From: an uncultured Chloroflexia bacterium | GTDB taxonomy: Bacteria; Chloroflexota; Anaerolineae; Caldilineales; Caldilineaceae | Reading direction: 5' to 3' | Length of the DNA: 64,000 nucleotides | NCBI GenBank assembly: GCA_963752485.1 | Contig: CAVVYP010000007.1 | Span: 462,993 to 526,992 of the forward strand | Position numbers and translations under genes: made by a program | Shown here: one piece after another, positions 10,683-21,040 of the stretch | How the letters are laid out: each line of letters starts with the position of its first letter | How positions within the stretch are numbered: the first letter of the stretch is position 1 | Notes under the pieces: generated by a model | Databases searched by the model: none | The model's input: the letters and a program-made list of their open reading frames with translations, nothing else | Told to the model about the DNA's origin: nothing

Positions 10683-12728
10683 ATGAACAGACCGTTGAAC
10701 TGGGGCATCATGGCGACGGGCAACATTGCTCGTCGCTTCGCAACCGATCTACCGTACGCGGAACAGGGTACGTTGCTGGCGGTGGGCAGCCGCACCCTGG
10801 ACTCGGCCCAACGCTTCGCGGCCGAATTTGACGCGCCGCGCGCGTACGGCAGCTACGACGAACTCGTGGCGGACCCGGACGTGGACGCCATTTACATTTC
10901 GCTGCCCAACCACCTGCACGCGTACTGGGCGATCCGCTGTGCGGAGGCGGGCAAGCACATCCTGTGCGAGAAGCCGCTGGCCACCAATCACCCGGAAGCC
11001 ATGACCGTGATTGAGGCGGCGCGCTACCACGACGTCTTTCTCATGGAAGCGTTCATGTACCGCTGCCATCCGCAGACGGCCAAGCTGGCCGAGCTGGTCG
11101 CCTCCGGCGCGATCGGCGACGTCCGCGTCATCCAGGCTAGCTTCAGCTACGACATGGGCGGCTACAACGAGAACATCCGTCAGGTGAACGAATACGCGGG
11201 TGGCGGCATCATGGACGTGGGATGCTACCCGGTATCGCTCGCCCGCCTCATCGCCGGAGCCGCCCTCGGCCAGCCCTTTGCCGAGCCTGTGCTTGTCACG
11301 GACGGATACCAGCGCAAGCAGTCTGTCAAAGCCTTCGGCCACGTCGGCGATCAGAGCCGCGTGGACGAATGGACGTCGGCGGTGGTCCAGTTCCCCGGCG
11401 ATATCGTGGCGGAGCTCACATGCGGCATTCGCGCCCGCGTGGAGTCCGTCGCCCGCATCTGGGGCGCGAATGGCCATATCGTCACCATGAACCCGTGGTT
11501 GCCCGATGACGAACGCACGGGCGGCGAGGCCGGCCTGCAGATTCTGCTCTATCGCACCGGGCAAAGCGAACCGGAGGAGATCGTCCTGCCCGCGGGCAAG
11601 CCGCTCTACGCGGTCGAGGCGGACGCCGTGGCCGCCCACGTGGCGGACCGCGAGGCCCCGGCCATGTCCTGGCAGGACAGCCTGGGCAACATGATGGCGC
11701 TGGACAGTTGGCGCGAGGAGTTGGGCCTTGTCTTCGACAATGAGAAATACGATGCGCTGAAGACGCCCGTGTCCGGGCGGCCAGTAGCCAGGCGGTCGGA
11801 CCACAACATGCAATACGGACAGGTGGCCGGCATCGACAAACCCGTCTCGCGCCTGGTCATGGGCACGATGATCTTCAAGCGCAACCGGCTGCCGCTGGCC
11901 TGTTCGATGTTGGACTACTTCTTCGAGATCGGCGGCAACTGTCTGGACACAGCCCACGTGTACGGCAGCGAAGAGACCGTCGGCGAATGGCTCAAGCTGC
12001 GCGGCATTCGCGAGGAGATGGTCGTCATCGGCAAGGGCGCACGCGACGACAAGGGCACGCCGGAAGGCATCACCGCGCAATTGCTGGAGACGCTGGAGAA
12101 GATGCAGCTCGACTACCTGGACATGTACATGATGCATACGGACAACCCGTCCGTACCCGCGGGCGAACTGGTGGCCTGCCTGAACGAGCATCTGGACGCG
12201 GGACGCATCCGCGCCTTCGGCGGCTCCAACTGGAGTATCGAGCGCATCCAGGAAGCCGACGCCTACGCCGAAGCCAACGGCCTCGTCAGCTTTGCTGCCA
12301 GCAGCCCGAACCTCTCGCTGGCCGTGTGGAACGAGCCCATGTGGCCCGGCTGCCTCTCCGCCTCGGATGCGATTTCCCGCGCTTGGTACACCGAACGCCG
12401 GCTACCGGTCTTCGCGTGGAGCAGCCAAGCCACCGGCTTCTTCACTGGCCGCTACAGCCCCGAAGATCGAGACGTATCGTGGTTGGCGCCCATCGTGCGC
12501 ACGTGGTTCAATGATCAAAACTTTGCGCGATTGCAACGAGCTCGCGAGCTCGCCGCGCAGAAGGGCGTCACCGCCGCACAGGTGGCTCTCGCCTACGTGC
12601 TGCAACAACCCTTCCCGACCTTCGCACTGATCGGGCCGCAGTCGATCAACGAGCTGCGCGACGTACTGCCCGCCCTGGACATTCACCTTACGCCAGAGGA
12701 AACCGCCTGGCTCAATCTGGAGGACTGA
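10683..12728 (+). CDS. Fusion protein: N-terminal Gfo/Idh/MocA NAD(P)-dependent oxidoreductase + C-terminal aldo/keto reductase domain (681 aa).
   Basis: N-terminus MNRPLNWGIMATGNIARRF...EKPLA is a Rossmann Gfo/Idh/MocA signature. C-terminal half LDTAHVYGSEETVGEWL...IGKGARDD is an AKR signature. Intact ORF. GAGG RBS 8 nt before the ATG. Confidence 0.8.
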   Translation: MNRPLNWGIMATGNIARRFATDLPYAEQGTLLAVGSRTLDSAQRFAAEFDAPRAYGSYDELVADPDVDAIYISLPNHLHAYWAIRCAEAGKHILCEKPLATNHPEAMTVIEAARYHDVFLMEAFMYRCHPQTAKLAELVASGAIGDVRVIQASFSYDMGGYNENIRQVNEYAGGGIMDVGCYPVSLARLIAGAALGQPFAEPVLVTDGYQRKQSVKAFGHVGDQSRVDEWTSAVVQFPGDIVAELTCGIRARVESVARIWGANGHIVTMNPWLPDDERTGGEAGLQILLYRTGQSEPEEIVLPAGKPLYAVEADAVAAHVADREAPAMSWQDSLGNMMALDSWREELGLVFDNEKYDALKTPVSGRPVARRSDHNMQYGQVAGIDKPVSRLVMGTMIFKRNRLPLACSMLDYFFEIGGNCLDTAHVYGSEETVGEWLKLRGIREEMVVIGKGARDDKGTPEGITAQLLETLEKMQLDYLDMYMMHTDNPSVPAGELVACLNEHLDAGRIRAFGGSNWSIERIQEADAYAEANGLVSFAASSPNLSLAVWNEPMWPGCLSASDAISRAWYTERRLPVFAWSSQATGFFTGRYSPEDRDVSWLAPIVRTWFNDQNFARLQRARELAAQKGVTAAQVALAYVLQQPFPTFALIGPQSINELRDVLPALDIHLTPEETAWLNLED

Positions 12729-12730
12729 CC

Positions 12731-13747
12731 GTGAAGAAGGCCGCCATCACCGGACAGAAACAAGCCGCCCTCATCGATGCGCCCATGCCGGAGCCCGTGG
12801 ACAACTGGGTTGTAGTCAAGGTGCACGCCGCGCCCATGTGCGCCGAGTACAAGGGCTTCCTCAGCGGTCAGGAGAACCAATATCTGGGCCACGAGGCTGC
12901 CGGCGAAGTCGTAGCCGTGGCGCAGCCGGGCCGTCTACAGGTAGGAGACCGCGTCGTCGCCATGCCGTTGTGGGGCTGCGGCGAGTGCGAACTCTGTCTC
13001 GCCGGCGACTACATCCACTGCGAGAATACGGAACAAGTCTCCGCGACGCCGGGTGCGCGTGAAGGTCGCGCCACCTACGCGCAGTACCTGCTCAAGCAGG
13101 ACTGGCTGGCGCTGAAGATACCGGAGGGCATCTCCTATCAACACGCCGCGCTGGCTTGTTGCGGCATTGGCCCTTCCTTCGGAGCCATGCAACAGATGGA
13201 CGTGGACGCCTTTGACACCATCATGATTGCGGGCGCGGGTCCCGTTGGTCTGGGAGCCGTCGTCAACGCCAAATACCGTGGCGCACGCACTATCGTCGTC
13301 GAGTCCATCCCTTTCCGTGTCGAACGGGCCAAAGAGATGGGCGCGGACGCGGTTCTCGACCCGCGGGACGAGGACGCGCTGGCGCAGGTGCGCGACCTGA
13401 CCGGCGGTCGGGGCGTGGATTGCGCACTCGACTGCTCCGGCAATGTACATGCCGAACGCTTTTGCATCGACGCCACACGCCGCAAGGGTAAGGTGGCTTT
13501 CGTGGGTGAATGTTACGAAGACCTCGCCATCCGCATCAGCCCGGACATGATCCGCAAGGGCCTGACGCTGATCGGTTCGTGGCACTACAACTTGAACGAG
13601 TTCCCGAAGGTCATGCAAGTGATCCAGGGCTCGCCCATCATCGACCTGCTCATCAGCCACATCTTCCCCATGAGCGGCATCCAGGAGGCGTTTGAATGCT
13701 CCGCGTCGCACGAGTCGGCCAAGATCATCCTGGACCCGTGGGCGTAG
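12731..13747 (+). CDS. Zn-dependent medium-chain alcohol/polyol dehydrogenase (MDR family).
   Basis: GHEAAGEVVAV and CGECELC structural-zinc motif. GAGPVGL Rossmann motif. Starts 3 nt after the upstream stop. Confidence 0.85.
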   Translation: MKKAAITGQKQAALIDAPMPEPVDNWVVVKVHAAPMCAEYKGFLSGQENQYLGHEAAGEVVAVAQPGRLQVGDRVVAMPLWGCGECELCLAGDYIHCENTEQVSATPGAREGRATYAQYLLKQDWLALKIPEGISYQHAALACCGIGPSFGAMQQMDVDAFDTIMIAGAGPVGLGAVVNAKYRGARTIVVESIPFRVERAKEMGADAVLDPRDEDALAQVRDLTGGRGVDCALDCSGNVHAERFCIDATRRKGKVAFVGECYEDLAIRISPDMIRKGLTLIGSWHYNLNEFPKVMQVIQGSPIIDLLISHIFPMSGIQEAFECSASHESAKIILDPWA

Positions 13748-13923
13748 AAACCGATTCACCACAGAGAACGGCCAAGGAACCACCAAGACACAAAGACACG
13801 AAGACACGAAGTGGTGTGGACCCTAGAGTCTTGGAGTCTTCGCCGTTTCTCTGGGGGTAATCTAGTGCGTAGGACGCAACGAGTTTCCGATCTCATGACT
13901 CAATCACGCAAAAAGGACCACCC

Positions 13924-14790
13924 ATGTACAAGAACCTGAACGCCGGCGCCATCGGTATCCGCAACTACCCGCTAGATGCCACCATCCAACTGGCGGCCGA
14001 GACTGGCTACACCGGCATCGACTTCGATATCCGCCAAGCCGCGGAGCTGGTCGACGCGCAGGGCCTCGACGCTGTGCACGACCTGTTCGCGGACAGCGGC
14101 GTGCGACCCGGCCAGTGGGGGCTGCCCATCGTATGGAACAACGAAGCAACCTGGGACGCGGAGTTGGCGGAATTGCCGCGCTTGGCCGCGATCGGCGTGG
14201 CGCTGGGCTGCACACGCGTGGCCACCTGGTGCCCCTCGTGGTCAGACGTGCGCCCCTACGACGAGAACTTCGCCTGGCACGTAGGTCGATTCCGGCCCAT
14301 CGCCCAGGTGCTGGCCGACTTTGGCTGCCGGTTCGGCATCGAATTCCTCGGCCCCAAGACGCTGCGCGACGGCCATGCGTACGGCTTCATTTACACGCTG
14401 GACGAGATGATGAAGCTAGCGGACGCCATCGGCACAGGCAACGTCGGTCTGCTGCTGGACGCGTGGCATCTGTTCACCTCCGGCGGCGGGGTCGACGACC
14501 TGGACGCCCTCACCGCGGACGACATCGTGACAGTGCATATCAACGATGCGCCGGTCGACACACCGTACGATGAGATGCTCGACAACGTGCGCTTCCTGCC
14601 CATGCAGACGGGCGTGCTCGACCTGGTCGGCTTCATGCAGAAAGTGGCGTCGCTCGACTACAAAGGGCCTGTCACGACCGAACCGTTCAACCAGGAGCTG
14701 AACGCGCTGGCCGCCGAGGACCCCAAGGCTGCGGCGCAGCAAGTGTCCGACGCAATGGACAAACTGTGGCAAGCGAGCGGACTGGCCTGA
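13924..14790 (+). CDS. Sugar phosphate isomerase/epimerase (xylose-isomerase-like TIM barrel).
   Basis: The ETGYTGIDFD...GIEFLG...LLLDAWH pattern is typical of the AP-endonuclease-2 / xylose-isomerase-like fold. Intact ORF. Confidence 0.8.
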   Translation: MYKNLNAGAIGIRNYPLDATIQLAAETGYTGIDFDIRQAAELVDAQGLDAVHDLFADSGVRPGQWGLPIVWNNEATWDAELAELPRLAAIGVALGCTRVATWCPSWSDVRPYDENFAWHVGRFRPIAQVLADFGCRFGIEFLGPKTLRDGHAYGFIYTLDEMMKLADAIGTGNVGLLLDAWHLFTSGGGVDDLDALTADDIVTVHINDAPVDTPYDEMLDNVRFLPMQTGVLDLVGFMQKVASLDYKGPVTTEPFNQELNALAAEDPKAAAQQVSDAMDKLWQASGLA

Positions 14791-15037
14791 GGAAGGCGCA
14801 GTGAGCACGGATTGATCCGATTCGACTATCGGGGTGTATGAATGGATTCGCGCGAGTCTGCGTGCGGCGGGCCCAGGCTACGGCGGTGCCGAAATCGTAG
14901 GTACGTCTCCGGCGTGACGGATGGTGATCCGTGCAGGTTGGCATGCGTCTACGTTCTGTGATTTTTATTCGACATAAATAAGCTAACTCACCATAATACA
15001 ATGGAGGGGACTCAAACATGACCAACAATCAGTCGGC

Positions 15038-16146
15038 ATGGGCGTCGTCGGCGCAGGCGCCATCGGCATCCGCGCCGCGATGAAGCACCTGAGCCTGCCG
15101 GACGTGCAGGACCGCGTGCGGCTGGCCGCAGTGTGCGATCCGGTGCCGGGTCGAGCGGCGGCCGCTGCGGAAAGATACGACGTTGGCGCAGCCTACGAGA
15201 CGTACGAAGAGCTGCTGGCGGACCCCAACGTGGACGCCGTGACCATCTGCTCGCCCATCGGCCTCCACTACGAGCAGGGCCTGCAGGCCATCGAAGCGGG
15301 CAAGCATATCCACTTCAACAAGACGATGACCACGAAAGCGGACGAGGCCGACCACCTGCTGGAGGCGGCGGCGCAAGAAAGAACGTCCACATCGTGGCCT
15401 CGCCGGGGGAGATGCTCTACCCGCACAACCAGCGCATCCGCCGCCTCGTGCTGGACGGCGCGCTGGGCAGGCTGGCCTGGGCCATCACCGGCGGCTCCGG
15501 CATTGGCTACTACCACATGAACGAGGAGTTCCGCACAGGCGAAGACATCCTCACCGACGTCAACCCCGCCTGGTATTTCCAGAAACCGGGCGGCGGGCCC
15601 CAGTACGACTCCACCGTCTACAATCTGCACGCCATCACCGGCATCCTGGGCCCGGCCAAGCGCGTGACGGCTCTCTCGGGCCTGGTCATCCCGGAATTCG
15701 ACTATCACGGCGAGAAGATCGTGTGCGACATGGACGACACGACGTTTCTCCTGCTCGACTTCGGCGACACGCAGTTCGCCTTCGTCTACGCCGCCGCGGC
15801 CGGCAAGCTGCTGACGGGCCGGCAATTGAACCTCTACGGCACGCAGGGATCCGTGGTCGGGACGATGTTCGGCGAAGAGCAACTGCGGTTGCCCGATGAC
15901 CATGAGCCGCACGTGGTCGGCGAGCACGCCGGCATGCTGGAGTCGCACGTCTTCGAGGACATGATGCAACTCGTGGACTGGATCCGCGAGGACAAAGCCT
16001 CCATCGTCACCGGCGAGCACGCACGCCATGTCATCGACATCATCGAGTCGGGCTACCAGGCCGCAGCGACGGGCCAGACGCAGGAGCTGCGCACCACCTT
16101 CGAGCCACTGCCGGTGGAGGAACTGCACGAGGGACTGTCTGCGTAG
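15038..16146 (+). pseudogene. Gfo/Idh/MocA oxidoreductase with a single -1 frameshift in an A-run near 15380.
   Basis: MGVVGAGAIGIRAA...EAGKHIHFNKTMTTK in frame A. Continues as KNVHIVASPGEMLYP... in frame C. The junction lies in caagaaagaacg. Confidence 0.7.
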
Positions 16147-16161
16147 CAGAGGAGCGCGCAT

Positions 16162-16922
16162 CATGCCACGAACCGCCATCGACGTACAGGGGACGCGCTT
16201 CACCATCAACGGCAAGCTCGTCTATTCGGAGTACGCAGATTGTCCTGCGGAGCACCAGGGTCTGCTCATGAACGCCCGTTTCATCCAGGGCATTTTCGAC
16301 GACTGCGCACACCCCGAACGCTTCGCCCGCGCCAAATATGGGGACTGGGACCCGGAGGCCAACACGGACCGCCTCATCACAGCGTTGCCGGAATGGTACG
16401 CCCACGGTCTGCGCGCCATCACCGTCGGCCTGCAAGGCGGCGGGCCAGTCTTCATTGTGGGCGACTGGAGCACCATCGACAACAATCCCTTCGGGGAAGA
16501 CGGCGCCCGCTTCGACAATGCCTACGCCGGCCGACTGGACCGCCTCTTGCGCGCCGCAGACGAAATCGGCATGGTTATCATCGTCAGCTATCTCTATGGC
16601 TCACAGAGTCCTCGCCTGCGCAACGGGCGCGCTGTACGCAACGCCGTAGCGAACGCCTCGCGCTTCCTGCGCGACGGCGGCTACACCAACGTGATCATCG
16701 AAGTCGCGAACGAACACAATATCCGCAGCTTCGCACCGCACGCCATCGTACAGTCGGTGGAGGGCATTGTTTCGTTGATGGACCTGGCCCGTGCGGAGTC
16801 CGGCGGCCTGCCGGTCGGCAACAGCGGAACCGGTGGCGTGGCGGAACGGGAAGTGGCCGAAGCAAGCGACGTCATTCTCATCCACGGCAACGACTGCACG
16901 CGCCAGACCTACTACAACCTAG
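16162..16922 (+). pseudogene. Glycoside hydrolase (GH5-like TIM barrel), 5' portion, interrupted by an IS insertion at the CTAG at 16919-16922.
   Basis: The VIIEVANEHN motif resembles the GH5 NEP acid/base motif. The reading frame runs directly into the IS terminal repeat, and the stop lies inside the IS. Confidence 0.65.
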
Positions 16923-18372
16923 TACTACAGTTGTAGTTGTGATTCAGTCGTTTTCACTCGACGCTGATAATGGAAACGCTTAGCAATCGCTTGATGATGT
17001 CTGCGCCAGTACGACCAAGCGAGTACATATACAGGTTCTGGAATCCATCTCCAGACAAGTTGCCAGAGCAAACGCCGAATCTCAGCGACGCTCAGGCGCA
17101 CGCCCAGGGCTCGCGCAGCCCGCGGCTGGCCTTGAACGCCGCCAGGCTGCTCGGTTTGGACGGCAACGGGCCCCCTTTTTCCGGCGGCAGTGCCGTCTCT
17201 GGATGCTGGCTGCGCAGCACAGACAAGAAGGCATGGGCCAGACAGGCCAGGGTGATATGACGATACCAGCCCGACCAGCTACGCACTTCATAGTGGTCCA
17301 TCCCCACCTCCCCTTTGGCTTCTTGGAAACAGCTTTCAATGTGCCAACGGCTGCCGGCGACTTCGACCAGAGTAGAGAGTTCAGTATCCGCAGGTGCAAA
17401 ACAGAGAAAGGTCGTCAGGTCGGTGGGGTCGCTGATGCTGCGTCGCACCAACAACCAACGACGCCAGCCAGAGACGGAAGGAGTGGTCAAGGCAATGGTT
17501 TGCCAGTCATACAGACGAGGTCCTTTGGCGCCGTCTCCGGCACTCGGACGCGTCCATTGGTCGTTCAAACGGACCTGCAGCAACTCGCTGACACGCACCA
17601 TCCAGCCTTCGATCTCCACGGCTTCCTTGCCCGAGACGCCCAGGACATAGGCCAAAGGTTGCGCTTCCAGCCAAGCGCGCAAGGGGCGATGGTCGCCATA
17701 GATACTGTCGGCCGTCACCCAGCGCACCGGGGTATCAGCGGCCAACGCACGCTGCAGCATGTCCAGGGCCTGGGCCGGCTTGGTTGCAAAGACCGTCTCT
17801 TCTGGGATTCCCGCTTGCGCACAGCGCTCCCGGTCCTCTATCCAACTCTCAGGCAAGTACAGGGCCCGGTCAATCAGGGCATGGCCATGTCGGCTGACAT
17901 AGGCCAGAAAGACGCCCAGTTGGCAGTTCTCGACCTTGCCGGCCGTGCCGCTGTACTGTCGCTGTACCCCAGCCGAATGCTCACCCTTCTTCAAAAAGCC
18001 GGTCTCATCCACCACCAGAATCGCATCGCTGTCGCCCAGGTGCTCCACCACGTAGCTGCATGTGTCATCGCGAATCACATCCGGGTCCCATGGCGATCGA
18101 TAGAGAAACTGCTGCAATCCGTAGGGCGTCGTTTCACCTATCATTTCAGCCAGCTGCCAGCTGTTCTTGCGCTCCACCGGACTCAGCAACCCCTTGAGAT
18201 AGTTCTTGGCGCGCTCCACGATTCCGAGCGCGCAAACCGATCACCGATTCGCACCATCAAGTCGTCCAGCGCCTGCACCCATTCCTGTTCCATTCTATCC
18301 ATGGTCCTCTCCTCTCCTCGGTGAGGACCATGTTATCCGAAATCACTCAATCTGTAAATACAACTGTCAGTA
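16923..18372. mobile_element. IS701-family insertion sequence, 1450 bp, flanked by a 4-bp direct repeat CTAG (16919-16922 and 18373-18376).
   Basis: Terminal inverted repeats TACTACAGTTGTAGTTGTG (left) and TACTGACAGTTGTATTTAC (right, reverse complement). Encodes an IS701-type DDE transposase. Removing the IS and one CTAG copy restores a continuous glycoside-hydrolase ORF. Confidence 0.8.
17092..18301 (-). pseudogene. IS701-family DDE transposase with one frameshift near 18215.
   Basis: Family-typical N-terminus MDRMEQEWVQALDDLMVRIGDRFARSE in frame 1, then ERAKNYLKGLLSPVERKNSWQLAE in frame 3. C-terminal SRWHIESCFQEAKGEVGMDHYEVRSWSGWYRHITL motif. Confidence 0.75.
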
Positions 18373-18376
18373 CTAG

Positions 18377-18882
18377 TGAAGAAGCTACAGAGTTGGGACC
18401 TGAAGCGGCCCATCGTGTGCAATGAGGACTCGCCCTGCATCGGCCAACTCGGCATCGCCTGGCAAACGCAGACGTCGTGGGGCTACTACAACAATCCGAC
18501 CAAGCAGGACCCACCGGCGGATTGGTCCATCACGTCGGGCATGGATACGTTCTTCGCACGGCGCATGGCCGAAGGCGTCGGCATCCCCCTGGATGGGCTG
18601 CCGGCGGCGGAACACTACTACTTCCAGGGCTTCGAGCCGCACATGACGCTGGACGGCGTGACACGCTGGCTGCACATCGCCGCGCTCCATCCGGAACGGG
18701 TGGACAGAGTGGAGTATTTTCGCAACGGCGCGTTCGTGGACGTCGCCTATCAGGAACCCTTCTACATCAACTACGAGACGACGTGGATTCAGGGACCCGT
18801 GACCGTGCAGCCGGGGGATGAGTGGCGCGCGCGCATCACACAGAAGGACGGCGACATCGTAGAGAAGGTCGTGGTCGCCTAA
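18377..18882 (+). pseudogene. Glycoside hydrolase, 3' portion downstream of the IS.
   Basis: The frame continues from 16922 once the IS and one CTAG copy are removed (…YYNLVKKLQSWDLKRPIVCNED…). Confidence 0.6.
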
Positions 18883-19108
18883 CGGCTGCGGATGACGAAC
18901 CCGCTGGCGTCACGCAGGAAATCGTAGAAAGACCAAACCATAGCCGGGGCGCTCCTTCCACGTTCTTCTTGGGCGGCAGTGTCCCGGCTTTCTCTTGTAT
19001 TGGGTAGGCCAAGACGGGAGGCCTGGCTGCCCGCTGCGCACCGCTTGCATTCATGACAATCCGCCCACTTTCCATCGGCGTTCACTCTATCGTTTGCGGC
19101 GGAAGCGA

Positions 19109-19148
19109 TTCGATGGCCGTCCACTGCGAATCGTGGACGGCCATCGAA
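19109..19148. other. Perfect 16-bp stem / 8-nt loop hairpin (TTCGATGGCCGTCCAC tgcgaatc GTGGACGGCCATCGAA).
   Basis: Read directly. Intergenic, between the glycoside-hydrolase 3' end and the MFS gene. No U-tract follows. Confidence 0.3.
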
Positions 19149-19313
19149 ACCCATCTCTGCCGCGGCGCCCGTCGCTAGCCACTGCCGGTCGAGGGCAACG
19201 TGCGCGCCCTCAATGACCAATATGCCTCCATCGATTCCTACATCGCCTCTTCCGAATTGATGCAAAACCGATAACACGTACATAATTGATCAACAGGTGG
19301 GCGCGCGGGCGAT

Positions 19314-20646
19314 ATGGGCGCATCCACTCTTCGTCATCCTGCTTCACCGTTGGATCACCAAATGGCTAACATCGAACCGCCGCGTACACCGAACGTTCCG
19401 CCTGAAATCCTGCCGCTTCGCGCACGCCAATTCCGTGTCCCAAAGACCTTTGCGGCGCTCCGCCATCGCAACTACCGCCTGTTCCTGGGTGGCCAGCTTG
19501 TCTCGTTGGCGGGCACGTGGATGCAGATCATTGCGCAGGGATGGCTGGTCTACCAGATCAGCGGCTCGGAACTGGCCCTCGGCGTGGTAGGGTTTGCGTC
19601 TGCGATTCCCGTACTCATCGTCTCGCCATGGGCCGGGGTTGTCGTCGACCAAGTGTCCAAGCGCAGCTTGCTGGTCGTCACCCAGTCCATCGCCATGACG
19701 CTTGCTTTCGTTCTTGCGGGTCTGACCTTTACCGACGTCGTGGAGGTATGGCACATCGTGGTCCTGGCGGCCTGCATGGGCGTCGTCAATGCCTTTGACG
19801 GCCCGGCCCGGCAGGCGTTCGCAGTGGAAATGGTAGGAAGAGAGGACCTGCCCAACGCCATCGCGCTGAATTCCATGACCTTCAACAGCGCGCGCATCGT
19901 TGGCCCGGCCATCGGCGGGATCCTGCTCGCCGCTTTCGGTGCGGCCTGGTGTTTCACGATTAACGGTTTCACCTTCCTGGCGGTGATCGGCGCATTGCTG
20001 GCGATGAGGCTTGCACCGTTCGTGCGGCAGCCGGGAACGCAATCGCCCTGGGCGAAGCTGAAAAGCGGTCTTGTCTATGTGCGCGATGAGCACGACCTGC
20101 GCGCGCTGCTACTCCTGGCGTTTGCCTTCAGCATGTTTGGCCTGTCCTACGGCACGGTATTGCCGGCATTTGTCGACAAAGTACTGGGCCAGGGTCCGGG
20201 CGCGTTCGGCGCCATCAACGCCGCCTCGGGCATCGGTGCGGTAAGCGGGGCGCTGCTCGTTGCGCAGTTCGGCGACCGGGGAAAGCCGCGGCCGGTGGAT
20301 GTCCATCGCCATTCTGACTTTTCCGATCATCCTGATTCTGTTCGCTGTGAATACACGATACCCGCTGACGTTGATCTTGGCCGTGGCGTTGGGCGTGGCC
20401 TTCATGATTGTCTTCACGTTGATCAACACGTTGTTGCAAACGCGCGTGCGCGACGAGATGCGCGGGCGCGTGTTGAGCCTCTACACGTTGACATTCTTCG
20501 GATTCGCCCCGTTTGGCAACCTGTTGGTGGGCAGCGCCGCCGAAGTGATCGGCATCACCGAGGCGATCGTCATCAGCGCCTCGGCCTGCTTCGCGCTGGC
20601 CGCCGCCATCCTGATATGGACGCCCTCCGTCCGTCGCCTGCCGTAG
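19314..20646 (+). pseudogene. MFS transporter, frameshift near 20285.
   Basis: 12-TM MFS pattern (…[15 protein letters not shown]…). The C-terminal TM helices continue in ORF 20260..20646 in another frame. Confidence 0.65.
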
Positions 20647-20898
20647 TCCGCCCGCCAGAGGATGGCGAAGGGCGACGGTTACGCGGCGTCCGCCAGAAGC
20701 CGTTGCGTTGGACGCACGATATTCCCGGCTTGCACCGTCCGCTTGCGTCAAGCTAGGTGACAATGTTGCCGACGGATGATCGTTCTGTCGTTATCCATGT
20801 CGTTGGTGGCCGCGGTTCCCTCCTCGGCAACGTTATCTCTTATTGGGGCACCCTACCCGCTCAGTAACATTCAGCGTGATTGAATGAACCCGCTGGGG

Positions 20899-20943
20899 TT
20901 GACAACAGGCTGAAAATGCCGTAGAATTGGAAACGATTCCAAT
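20899..20943 (+). promoter_or_regulatory. Sigma70-like promoter TTGACA-17-TAGAAT overlapped by a LacI/cre-type palindrome ATTGGAAACGATTCCAAT (20926-20943).
   Basis: The palindrome fits TGnAAnCGnTnnCA. It lies about 100 bp upstream of the LacI-family gene. Confidence 0.45.
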
Positions 20944-21040
20944 GACGGTCCAGCCTAGTATGCGACACACGTCCAAATCTGGTAACTCCGCGAATGCAGA
21001 TGCGATTGCGTAGGCTTTCGCAGGACAGTTCTACGAGTTT

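Noticed and set aside
13790-13850. GAAGACACGAAG / CTTGGAGTCTTC imperfect inverted repeat between the ADH and isomerase genes
   Set aside because: The arms are only 8 of 12 matching, with a long spacer. This is too weak to call an operator or terminator.
18180-18301. Programmed ribosomal frameshift in the IS transposase
   Set aside because: IS701-family transposases are single-ORF enzymes. There is no slippery heptamer. A 1-bp deletion after RFARSE explains the break.
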